Assembly: GCF_009834535.1 (NCBI RefSeq) | Contig: NC_045696.1 | Location: forward strand, 17,672,001-17,736,000 | Source: Camelus ferus | Lineage: Eukaryota | Length of the DNA stretch: 64,000 nucleotides | Reading direction: 5' to 3' | Notes under the pieces: generated by a model | Databases searched by the model: none | What the model was told of the DNA's origin: nothing | The model's input: the letters and a program-made list of their open reading frames with translations, nothing else | Made by a program: the position numbers and the translations under genes | Shown here: positions 11,836 to 23,299 of the stretch, piece by piece | Position numbering within the stretch: the stretch's first letter is position 1 | Layout: every line of letters starts with the position of its first letter

Positions 11836-13504
11836 TCATCGAAGACAGGATGGTAGAATATTCTCCAGTCCGTTTTCACTAAGGAGTCATCAAAAGCACT
11901 GAGAATCTCTGCTGAGAATATTAAATGAAAGCAGACATGGGAATCTGTATTCCCTCTCTGCATTTTTGATGATGTTTTATGACTATTAAATTTTTAAGTG
12001 CAGAATTATGCTGTGGGTTTCATTTCAATTAAAGAGAGTTCATATTTACAAAGTCACGAATGGATATTAGCAACTAGTATGCACTGATAAATACAGTCCA
12101 AAATAAATAAGTAAATAAATAAATAAATACAGAATCCTGACTGAAGTTTTGGAATGGCTAAGTGGAAAGAGTACTTGTCAAGTGGAGGCTGGTAGACAAT
12201 TTATCTGTTAATACAATGATTACTTGATATGTGAAATTTGCTTACACTTACAACTTCTGATTGAACGGCTTACGAACTTCTTCAACTTTTTTTTTTAAAC
12301 TGGAAGGAGTAATAGAAATGGTTTTAATAGAACAATACTGGGATTTCTACCTTGGCTCTAAGATGATCCAAAAAACTGACTAATAGAATTAGATATAAAG
12401 CTATATGTTTTGTATGGTGGTTTTAACACAAATTGGTTTAGACTTGAATGTGACCGTAGAAACTAGTTCTCATACTTCACATTTTTCTGTTGCCTACTTC
12501 TTAACTTCTTCCACGATTATTCTTTACAACAGCAGTCCACAGATATTCATGAATGCTGCATCTGTGCTAATCTGAAACAAATGCCCCATCCATTAGATTA
12601 ACTAAGGTTTGATGGAATGACTTTACCTCCCTTTGACAGTCATCTCTAGATCCCGCTAACTTTGCTTTCTCTTTTGAACCAGTGCTTCTTACATTTGGAG
12701 CGGGCACGCTGTTATTCCTACTAAGAGATTTATGCTGGAGAAGAATGAAGTGGACCAGTACCTTAGGGCACACTGAAAATAGCAGCCCTGTGACTGCCTA
12801 CTAAGATTAATTCCCATCACTACCATCTACAGTAGATCGCCATCATTTGCACTCTCGAATTTATGCTGTTTCAAACACCGTGTTTTGTCTGCCCGCGTTC
12901 CTAGTTACATAATAACTAATAGGCATAATTTAAAAGAAGACTAAAAAGAAGCTCAGAAAGTCTATGTGCGCTATTTTAAGACTGCCGCTGCACTTACTAA
13001 TCTATTTCTCTAAAGTGCTCAGGTTATTTTTATCTAATTTTTCTGAGTAGGTGTTAGTCTCATGTGCTTTCAGACCTGACTTTATTCCCAAACTTCTGTA
13101 TCCACCAAAGTGAAGGGGAAAAAAAAAAAAAAAAAAAAAAAAAGATAATCAAAGCACAGTTAAGAAAAAGAAGTCTGACTAATACTAGTTTATTTCCATA
13201 ATCCATAAGCTTCAATAATGCAGTAAATGCTGTGCCTTACCCAGGTTTGCAAAATTCATCGTGGCTTATTGTACAAAACTCTCTAACTTACTTCACATCA
13301 TTCTGCAGGGCAGGTTCCTGAGAAACTCTCTGCCAATTTTTTTGCCCTTTTTCCTTTCTTCCTGTCTTCTTTTTGTCATTTTGTTTCTTTTTTCCTTTCC
13401 CATATATAGCATTATATACTTAATCTCTCTTTTTGCACAAAAGGAATAGAAGGTTGTCAATAATTATGCTAACCAACTATAGAACCTTTAAAATACTACC
13501 TTGA

Positions 13505-14490
13505 TGACAGTGTCAGGCACTCTTCTAAATATTTTCTATATGTTGTTACCAAATCAAACTTGGGTCCTTTTGCCCTCGGGCAGTAAAGGCAATCTACTGA
13601 CATCGGGTTGTGATGAAGGGAAGAACAGCGCTTATGGCAGGGCGCCAAGCAAGGAGAAGAGGCAGCTCAGGCTCGAAAGACCTGAACTCCCCGATGGCCT
13701 TCCGGGAAGGGGTTTTAAAGGCAGTGCGAGGGAGGGGGCTGCAGGGCATGATCAGCTTGTGCACAATTCTCAGATTGGTTGGCATCAAGGTTAAGTTTCA
13801 GACATCACCAAGCTTCTGCTTTCAGCTAGTCTGGGGTCTGTGTGCTAGCAGTCAGCACTGTTCCCCTGGTGGGGCTCTGCTTCCTGTAAAAACAACTTAG
13901 GAATGTGTGTCAGGCCTTTATGTATATATTTCAGGGCACTGGGAGTTAGAAGACTCTGTTATGTGGCTGGTTTAAGAGTCTAAATTATCACCAGTTTCCC
14001 TGGCGCAATAGCTATTCTTTGTTTCTGTATCTTCACATTTCCTAGTTATTAACTCTCGAATCAGCCTTTTTGAGACTCAGGGGAGGCCTGGGAGACTAAA
14101 GCAAAAAACTTTTACTTTAAAGGACAGGGACATGGGGATCTGTATGTGGTTCACTCCCCTCCTTTCTTTGGTACTGTCCAGGCTTGAGGGGAACAGGTTC
14201 AGGACAAGAAAGGGAATGAAGATTTGGATAGAGAGGTTAATCATAAACTCGCAGAAGAACTCAGTTTTAGGAAAGATTTGGCTTCAATATTATCTCATTT
14301 AGTCCTCACAAAAATGCTTTTATATAAAAAACATTGAAATTCTCTTTTTGAAGATGGAAAAACCTGAAACCCACATAAATTAAGGGATCCTCCCAAGAGA
14401 TGCCTAATATGTGACAGGGTTAGGACCTGGACTCAAGTAAATCAGACTTAAAGCCTGTGACCTGAACCCCTTATAAAATGCTGCCTCCCT
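13505..14490 (-). mobile_element. MIR SINE interrupted by an ERV LTR
   Basis: GTGTCAGGCACTCTTCTAAATATTTTCTATATGT on the left and TATCTCATTTAGTCCTCACAA...GATGGAAAAACCTGA on the right rejoin into a MIR core once the LTR is removed. Confidence 0.7.
13544..14286 (-). mobile_element. ERV1-type solo LTR
   Basis: TG...CA termini (TGTTACC...GCTTCA). 4-bp TSD ATGT/ATAT (1 mismatch). Inserted within a MIR. Confidence 0.8.
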
Positions 14491-14599
14491 GAAGTGACAG
14501 TCTGCCAGTGGTATGGACTAAAATAGCAAATGTGTCTACTAAAAGGAAATACGACATTACTTCAAGATAAAGGTAATTTAATTTACATTGCTAATAAAT

Positions 14600-15005
14600 T
14601 CTATTAGATATTAATATGTAAATCTTTATCCATGGAAACAGAATCAGGGAGGGAGCTGAGAAGTCAACCCAGTTTAATTCAGATGCCTGGTAGTTGGTCA
14701 ATGGTCTACGAAGGGTGAGAGGATGACTGGGTCACTGAGAGGATGACTGGGTCACGTGTTTCTTGTCATCCAGAAGGCACATGGCTTCTGTTCATGGAGG
14801 AGGCAAATTTCAAGAGAGAGACAAGTGCACAAAGGTCTTGGAGGCCTAGGCTGAGCACTGGCACACAGCCATCTCCGGGGTGTTCTGTCAGCTGAGGCAA
14901 GTCACTCAAAGGTGGGGAAATACAGAATCCACCTCCTAATGAGAGGAGCAGCAAGAAGTCTGAACACAGGAAGGGATGAAGGATCACAACCCATTTTGCA
15001 ATTCC
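14600..15005 (-). mobile_element. Old MLT1 (MaLR) LTR fragment
   Basis: GGTCTTGGAGGCCTAGGCTGAGCACTGGCACAC...GCAAGTCAC...GGGGAAATACAGAATCCACCTCCTAATGAGAGGAGC. Boundaries approximate. Confidence 0.65.
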
Positions 15006-15250
15006 TTGTAGTTATTAACCAAAGTGGTGTTCTGCATTGCCAGGACATTTAAACAAGTTATTCTAGAAAGTCTTCTTGGTTGAAATCCTCAACTTTAAGA
15101 AATGTTTTCTAAAATGCCATATATGTGTTGAATATAAACATAAAACATACCAAAATCAATATATTTCAAATATTTCACCTTGTTTTAAAAATTGGATATT
15201 AAGCTCTTTCCAAAAATTATGCATCTGGTATGACTGTAAAAGTTGAAAGA

Positions 15251-16437
15251 CCCCAGCCTGGCTTGCGGCGCAGAGGCCACGGGTGAAGGCGCAGAGGCCT
15301 TGGGGCAAGTGAGCCGGCTGGCCTCTCCCAGGACGCAGGGACCCTGCGTGCCTCACCTCCAGGGGCGCAGAATGGCTGGGGGACCCCAGGGAGCTCCAGC
15401 ACCACAGAGGTGACAGGAGGAGTCAAGAACCTCAGATGAAGCAATTATGCAAGGAAATATGGACCAGGCCTTAGAAGGCAGATGCAAAGTTCGACTTGTG
15501 TGACCCGCTGAGGACCCAGGTGCCTACATCTCTCCTGGGCGTGAGAGCGTGAGAAACGCCCATCCCAAGGATCTGCGCGGTCCCTGGCAGGAAGGATCAC
15601 CGAATGGCTGATGTTTGACAACATGCACCACTAGTGGCTTCTGTTGGCCACATTGCTTTTGGGTGATTTTCATGTTCATGGTGGCCAGCAAGTTCATCAA
15701 GCTGACCTTTAAAGATCCCAGTGCCTACAGCACCACAACAGGAGTTTCTGTTCCTGACAATGTGTCAAACGCCAGGATGTTGCAGCCACTCTGAACTAAA
15801 GCATGAACACACACACACACACACGCACACACACACACACGCACACAAGCCAACAGGGAAGATGCAGACAGGCAGCTGGCTGGTCTGGCCCCTGGTCTAC
15901 ATGCAGTGCCTGGAGCTCATCTGAACATCTGCAGGGAGGAAGCTCTGCAGAATCTTTCACACACCCCGGTCTCCAGGTTTGTCCTTGACGCAATATTAGT
16001 CTGCAACAAGCACAAGATCCTCTTCTGCCAGACTCCCAAAGTGGGCAACACCCAGTGTCTGATCATGTGGGACAGAGCTTTTCCCTCCATCCAAGAGATC
16101 CCTGAAAATGTGGTGGTTCAAGGCCAAGAGAACAGCCTCCCTCATCTCTGTTCCTTAAGTTACATGGAGATTCAGAAGCAGAAGGAGCAGGGGGAGTTTT
16201 GATAGTACCCCAGGCTCAGTTCTGTGCTTACCCCGTTTCCCAGATTGCTCCAAGGGCTACTGGTTTGCTTCGGTGAGAGACCACTGAGTGCATACCCAAC
16301 CTTCAGCGCATTTAAATTCACACGTCTTTATGAGAATTTCAGAACGTCTTCTCCCCCCTCGCTTTCATGTAGTCCATGAAAAAAAAATTACTTAATTGTC
16401 TTAATAAAAATGAGTGGTTTTGTTCTGAATTTAAAAA
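15251..16437 (+). pseudogene. CHST10: Processed pseudogene (retrocopy) of carbohydrate sulfotransferase 10 / HNK-1 sulfotransferase, lacking the C-terminal half
   Basis: ATG at 15623 begins MHH*WLLLA; later blocks read WVIFMFMVASKFIKLTFKDP, QEFLFLT, KPTGK, PLVYMQCLELI, NICREEALQNLSHTPVSRFVLD and KHKILFCQTPKVGNTQ...SIQEIPENVV...EIQK. No introns; GC-rich 5' UTR at 15251-15622; AATAAA at 16403-16408; poly(A) from 16433. TSD AAAAGTTGAAAGA (15238-15250) / AAAAGTTGAGAGA (16438-16450). Stop at codon 4 and frameshifts. Confidence 0.95.
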
Positions 16438-16468
16438 AAAAGTTGAGAGAGGCACAAGAAACACCTTG

Positions 16469-16842
16469 TGTATTAGTCTGCGACAAATACAGACTTGGAT
16501 GGCTTAAACAACAGAAATTTACTTCCTCACAGTTACGGGAAGCCTGCAAGTCTGAGATGAAGGTATCAGATAATTTTGTTTTGAGGTCTCTTTCTATGGC
16601 TTGTAAATGATCATTTTCTTGCTATGACCTCACATCGTCACCCCTGAATCTGTGTGTCTCTCTGTCCTCATCTCTTCTTATAAGTACAGGAGTCATATTG
16701 GTTTAGCGCTCAACCACATGACCTCGTGTTCTTGCAATTACCTGTTAAAAAGCTCTCTCTAAAATACAGTCACATTGTTAAGTACTGAGGGCTAGGACTT
16801 CAATATAAGAATTTGGTGGGGGACACAATTCAACACATAACA
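16469..16842 (-). mobile_element. MLT1A/B-like MaLR solo LTR
   Basis: TGTATTAGTC...GGCTTAAACAACAGAAATTTA...GGGGACACAATTCAACACATAACA. 5-bp TSD CCTTG/CCTTC. Confidence 0.88.
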
Positions 16843-18859
16843 CCTTCTATACAAACAAAGCTAAACAATGTCTTGGTTGCTTGAGACATTATAAAGTTCT
16901 TGAAGTAGATTGTTTGAATTATTATTAACGTTACCTCCAGAGTCGTTCTGTTCATACCATCCACAGTTGAGTCCACTGGGAATGAATATTATTCTCTGCT
17001 CACTCTTTTGAGAATTACCTGTACCCTACAGCGATACACAGGTTTTCTTGTCATGTTTTGGGAATAAGCTTTTATGGTTTGGTAATTACAAATATAGATA
17101 AAATACCTCAGTGAGTAGAATTTGAAGCTTTCAGGAAAACTGAATTTTTTTGTTTAGATTTTAGTACCAGTCTTTTACCTTCATCTCAGCACAATCAGGA
17201 TATCAAAACAGACGATCTTTTAAACATCTTGGCTTTTTAAATACATATTACACGCATACATACAATATATGCATTTACAAGTGCTGTGTTTATTCTTTCC
17301 AGTCCCTGAGAAGGAGGTAGAATGGTATAATTCCTATTTTCTTTATGTGTGTGTGTACAAATAACTTTTGACAGTTCTGAAGATGTAGTTAGTACAGGGA
17401 TTGAAATAAATGGCCAGAGAGCTAGTTCCTTTCACTAGTTCATTCAGGAACTAATTAGGGACCTGCAGTTGCCTGGCCCTGAAGAAATCTATATCCTTCA
17501 GAGACTAGAAGTCTATTTCAACAGAAATGTTATTTTTTTAATTTTTTTTTATACCAAGGCGTATTCACAGATTTTACCATGTGGAAACAAATAAATACCC
17601 TAGATGCAACTATTTATCTCAATGACTGTATATTGCTTCCTTCTACAAAGCTAAGATTACTCTTCAATTAATGGATAATTGAATATCAGACCTGAAAATA
17701 TTTCCTAGAGAACAACTACTTCTAAGTTTTAAGAAATTGGGTAAATAGAGCAAAACACTCTCAAACTAGTCCACAGACAATTAGATTCCTGGGATTTTCC
17801 CAGAGCTGCTCTGGAAGTAAATGCATCTCTGTATCTATTGCTTCATCGAGGACACATGGCTTGTGTGTGTATTTTCTGCATAATTTCACAAAATAAAAAG
17901 TACAAGAACATAATATACAAGCACAATTCATGTGGTTATAAACTAGACAGCCGACGCTTCTAAATTTTCAAAGAAGGAATCCTAAATAGCTTTTTTTTTT
18001 TTTTCCCCCTGTAAAGGTCAGCATGTTTGTTGAGAATTTGAGAGCTTGAATTCAAACCGGGGACTTTCTGGCACCCAAAGCTGTGCTCTTTTTACTATTG
18101 TGTATTGCATAGTATGAGTTAAACTTGTTCGTGTTACTGTTCTGCCTTAACTCTCCTGGCTTAGAAATTCAGCTCAAAGACAGAAAAACATCTCCCGTTA
18201 CACACAGAGAGGAAAAATTTCTGTTTATACAGATGTGTGACTTCTTTGTTCAGTCAAGTGGACACTTTGAATGCTGCCTTCTAGTGACTCAGATATTTCT
18301 CAAATTGGAAGATCCCTTGCTAGAGGCCTGACAGTCTTTTGCAAAACTGTCCACAAGAACTCTCCACGGTACTCTGAAAATATTTGTGTCACAAATATTT
18401 GTCAACCCATGGACTTTGAGCGTTCTAAATCAGCATTGTGGATTTCTATCTCTATTACCTTGCTTCATTTAAAGTCTGGCTTTTTTTTTTTTCTGGATTA
18501 TTTATCTCTCAACTCAAACTTTAATGACTGCAATTGAAGTTTTCACAGTTGTGTGATTCACAGCCTCTCTCCCCAGATCTCCTGATTAGACTTACCTAAT
18601 TTTGTATCTCCCTTTATTATTATTTTGGCCCCAAGACAATGACCATCTAATATTAGGACAACGTGATCCTGGTAAGCTGTGTGTTGGAGCTGGTGTGCTT
18701 TGTTGAAGTTATCCATACACCAATATTACTGGGAAAGGTTGGGATACTGAACTAAATGATTAAGGAATGGTGCTACATAGACTACATATTTATTTTATTT
18801 TTACTCTGGTTGTCTTTTCACCAGTGCTCTAAGGCATTCCCAGTTGATGGAAAAAATAT

Positions 18860-19890
18860 CTGTATTATCTTACTGAATTAGATAGGATAGAACATATTTT
18901 CCTGCTTAACAAACAGCCCTAATATCTCACTCGCTAACAGAGTTTATTCTTTGCATGGCTCACATGTCTCCCTAGGTCTAGCAGGGGACCTCTGCTTCCT
19001 ATGGTTATTCAGGGACCATTGTTGATGGAGGCTTCACTTTCATACACACTTCCACACCCTAGAGCAAATGAAAGAAAAGAATGGCAAGACACACACTGGC
19101 TCTTCACCATCTGACAGACGTGAAGAAGAGCCTTTTTTTTTTTTTTTTGCATTTATTTCACCAATCAAAGCACAATGCCTGCCCAGGACTGAGGCCAGTG
19201 GGAGAAGAGGGGCAATTGTCCCTAAGAGATGTGAAGTCAATATTTACAAACAAAAATACAGCCTATGTGGCTACCACAGGTCTATTCATCTCGTCTCTCC
19301 TCTTCACTCTCCTTTCTTTACAAGTGAATGTACATTCCTTCTTACTTACCTACCTCCACCCGTCAGGAGTTCCATTCAACCAGAGCACTAGGCTCCAAAT
19401 CTAAGATCTTAGGAGAGTCTTCTTAACAGGTCCTTATGTCCTGGAAAGCCAACAAGTAAAATTGTCAACTTACGTGTTCCCTACTCATATTTCCCTCAGC
19501 ACCTCCCACCCTCACACACCCACATTACACTGGGGGAAGAGGGTCATCGTAACCACAATAAACATCCCTATTTAAAATGAGGGCATTTAGCACAACCGAG
19601 TCCTACTGTATAGCACAGGGAACTATATCCAAAACCTTGTAATAGCCTATAATGAAAAAGAATAGGAAAAGGAATATATATATATATATATGTATATATA
19701 GTTGTATCACTGTGCTGTATACCAGAAATTAACACAACATTGTAAACTGACTATACTAACTATACTTCAAAAAAAAAAAATAAAATAAATAAAATAATAT
19801 AAAATAAATAAAATGAGGTCATTTGTGTTTACACAGTATTCACTGGCCCATGACAGTTCTGAAATCCTGCTGCACAGTCACTTTGAGGGT
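18860..19890 (-). mobile_element. Old MLT1 (J/K-like) LTR plus adjacent MLT1-internal fragment
   Basis: AACAAACAGCCCTAATATCTCA...GTTTATT...CTCTGCT...TCAGGGACC, with internal motifs AACCACAATAAACATCCCTATT and CACTGGCCCATGACAGTTCTGAAATCC. Boundaries approximate. Confidence 0.55.
19589..19809 (+). mobile_element. 5'-truncated L1 3' end with a 15-bp TSD
   Basis: GTCCTACTGTATAGCACAGGGAACTATATCC...AACACAACATTGTAAA...CTATACTTCAAAA followed by an A-rich tail. TSD AAAATGAGGGCATTT (19574-19588) / AAAATGAGGTCATTT (19810-19824) at a TTT|AAAA site. Confidence 0.92.
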
Positions 19891-22119
19891 TTCTTTCTTC
19901 AATACATCACTAGAGATACTAAGAACATTACAACATAAGTGCGTGTGTTGAGTGCAAAAATCAATGGCATAAAATGAAATTTACAACGTAAGTTAAAGCA
20001 GCATAATTTCTCTGTACTAGTACCGAAATTAATTGATAAATGACATATGGGAACTGGCTTAAAAGATCTTAAATCCTCTTGTGAACCTTTCAGTACCTTT
20101 CTTTTCAGAGAAGTTACTGAAGCAAGGCTATTTTTAAAAATCTTGTTACTTGTTACTTTGATTTTTAACTCTGGCCCCTGCTATTCTTTGCCTAAATGGC
20201 TGCTTTGTTTTTTTTTCCCCTTCTCTGTGGATCACCAGAGGCTGCCCTCTGTCTGACAGGAACTCTCCCCTGAGTGCGAATTTGAAGCTATTTATGACTT
20301 TGTTCTTTTGTAGTCAATTCATAGATGTTTTGTTCACTCAAGTTCTTGCTTAACTTGAAGATTTTTATCATTCGTCTCACACCCTTTCAGTGTACCTGTT
20401 CGCTGGCCTCCCTTCCTTTTGCAGATAAAAGCATGTTCTTTTATTGTCCTGGTCCAATTTCAATGTATTCATCTTCCGATTTCAATTTTCTAAGTTCCCC
20501 CACCAATGTCTGTTCTGTTTTACTGACAGAGGATTCTGATTGATTTGCTGAAGATAGTATTCTGTGAGTGTGAATAAACACAGCGAGAAAGGCTTGTCTC
20601 TGTTTTCATTATGCATTATGAATTGGAAAAATCAGCCTTGATCTCACAGGAAATCTGAGATGCTGACTGTTTGAAGCAGCCTGGGGGAAGACTGAAAAGC
20701 AGTACCTTTGAGACACACACACCCTTGAAAAATGCAGGCATCTAAGAGTCTTGTCATTTGTGGAGATTCTGTGAGATCCCTCCCCTGCAATCTGTACACT
20801 TTTATTTTCCTCTTAATAGATCTTAAACTATAGAAAATGTGAATGTAAATCACTCCTCCACTACATAGTGTTCTGCAGCCAGGAAAGTCACAGATACTTC
20901 CTGGAATTTTTTTTTTTTTTTTTTTTTTTTTTTGGCTTGAGTATAAAACATCTTTAAAAGACTCTCCACCTATGAGACGCCCTGCACCAGCCTTTCTGTT
21001 CACATGTTGGTCTGCTCAGTTCATCTAAATTACTACACAATTCCTTCCACTCAACTGCTTTTAGAAATGGGAAACCCATGGTGGTTGTTTGAAATCTGAG
21101 TGTGAAACATTTGTCAATATCTTTTTTCTTTTTAACTTATTCTGCAAATTCAGTCCACTAAGACAAACTCTATGGAACGAGGTGAAAGAGAGACACCAGA
21201 AGTCATCCTTAACATTTTCTTATTTAGTGATGCATTTAAGCACATGGATCTGAAAGGCTAATCTAAAATCAGCAGCCAACGTATTATCTCATTTACTTAC
21301 ACATGAGTCCTTACCTCTCTTTGGTCTCCTCCTATCTCATTCTCATTAGCTATGAGATTTCAAAGAAATTTAAAGCAACGTCTTTGGGAGATGTTGAAGG
21401 TACATGTGACAGGGTTGAGGCAAGAGATGTGGATTGTTTTCTTGGACAGAATACTATGGTGAGGCAAATATCTTAGAAGACTCAGGTTCCATCAGTCTAA
21501 GGAAACAATTCCATTGAGACTTGACCACATTTTGCTCATGAATATTCTCCCTTTAGCTTCTGTCTGGGACTTTCAAAGCCCATGCTGCATGAAAATGGAC
21601 TGGTTATGAAGCCACCTCTATTAAATAGAAAGCATAAAGTTTTTTTCTTTATTGCTCTTTAGGCACAGATTATTAATGCTGTAATGACACTAAAGAGTAT
21701 TAAATGCAAATTTGCAAAGCTCTAAAGAGTGTTATTAAGATAAGCAACATTTTATGGAGTCAATTCAGTAGCTATTTTAATGAAAATCCAGCTAAATAAA
21801 TCTCAACGGAAGCCACCACAGATGTTGCATCTTGTGGTCTGGGGAATAAGTAACTCAATTAGGCAGGGAGGTGATGGAGAGAAATCTGTAAAGGGGAAGA
21901 GGAGGTTGGAGGAGGTGAGGTACAGGGCTATAAACTAGATTTTAGAACATTTTCCTCCATTTCATTTAATGAAATTGCAGTGGATATCCTACAAACCAAT
22001 TACCTGTCTTTTAATACCAAATGGCACCTCCTTTTCTAAGTCAATGAATGGCATTTCTTAACTTTTCTAAGTGAAGTAATGTGTGTGATGGGGGTGGGTA
22101 TATGTAAATTTAAAAGTCA

Positions 22120-22275
22120 AGAGAGGAAGGAAGGAAAGAAACAAGAATAAAGGAAAAAAAAGGAAGCAATAGAGGAATCTTGAAAAGAGGAAAATCAGGA
22201 ATGAAACAAGGAAGGGAAGGAGGGAGGGAAGGCGGGAGAGGGAGGAAGGAAGGAAGAAGGGAGGGGAGGAAGGCA
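22120..22275. repeat. GA-rich low-complexity tract
   Basis: Directly visible purine-rich run. Confidence 0.85.
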
Positions 22276-22295
22276 GTTTTTGTGAGCGGTGGTAC

Positions 22296-22789
22296 TGACA
22301 TGTTTCCCTCAACTTGGCTCAATTTTGATGGGCTTCTTAACTATGGAGGCCTGACCTCCCTTTGCTTAGAGCATTTACTTGAGAAAACTTGCAGTTGTGA
22401 TTTTTTTTTCCCCTCTGTTCTTTTGAAATATAAATTTTTTACAACCCAGAAAATTATTTTTCAAGGACCTGAGAGTCACCCCTTGGATACATAATCAGAA
22501 AGATAAGGTTCCCATCTCCTAGTGTGTGTGGGAAGAGAGGAGCCCAACTTCAATGAGCCAGGATTAGCAAACACAGATGGCCTCATCCCTTTGACCAAAC
22601 CCCCTCCTAACTTTTCCCAGTACTTTTCCATTGGTGCAAACTGGAGTCTAAAAATCGTCTCCCCTTTGGTTTCAGCAGAGTTGAGTTCAGTCTCTTTCCC
22701 CTATTGCAAACATTGACTTCTGTTGCAGCTACGTTAAATAAAGTCTTCCTTGATGTTTTCAGTGTGTCTGATACAATATTTCTTTTACA
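22296..22789 (+). mobile_element. MER34/MER39-group ERV1 solo LTR
   Basis: TGACA...CTTAGAGCATTTACTTGAGAAAACTTGCA...TCAAGGACCTG...AGCAAACACAGATGGCCT...GAGTTGAGTTCAGTCTC...AATAAAGTCTTCC...TTTTACA. Confidence 0.75.
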
Positions 22790-23079
22790 GAAGGATCACT
22801 AGTGTGCAAAGCAAGAGCCTTGATTCTAGTCTTGGAATGTGCAGTTGAGTCAGTAGGTCACAAATCCTTTAATATTTCTGGATAACAGTCTTTTTCACCT
22901 TTCATTTGAGATTGTCAGTCTACAAGTGTGTCTCAACCGGTGTACTGTTGTTGTTTTGAGTGGAACAATTCCTGATTGGTTGGTTCTGATCCCACACATT
23001 GTACAAAGATCAGGACCCTTGGCTCTTGTCTACCAAATGCAGGTAGCATCCCAGGGGTTATGAGAGTAAAAACTCCATC

Positions 23080-23250
23080 ACTTTGCTATTCAAAGATAGC
23101 CCTCAAACCAATAGCACGATTCCCAGAGAACTGTTAGAAATGCAAAATCTCAGGTCCCACCTTTGATCTGCTGAATCAGAATGTCCATTTTAACAATTTC
23201 TCCAAATGTTTCACATGCAAATTCCAGTTAAGAAACATGACTCTGGTATA
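23080..23250. mobile_element. MER5-like hAT MITE, apparently within another old hAT fragment (about 22925-23260)
   Basis: GCTATTCAAAG...GAACTGTTAGAAATGCAAAATCTCAGGTCCCAC...CTGCTGAATCAGAAT...TTTTAACAA. Confidence 0.7.
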
Positions 23251-23299
23251 CATTTCCAAAAGATGTCAAATTTTGTGTGTATTTGTATGTACGTGTTTA

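Noticed and set aside
15623..16202. Functional CHST10 gene or retrogene
   Set aside because: It has a stop at codon 4, further frameshifts and stops, a deletion next to the 5'-PSB motif, and no C-terminal catalytic half.
22067..22494. ORFs over the GA-rich tract, and similar HTHT/VCVC ORFs at 2126, 55134 and 63663
   Set aside because: They are translations of low-complexity or microsatellite sequence.
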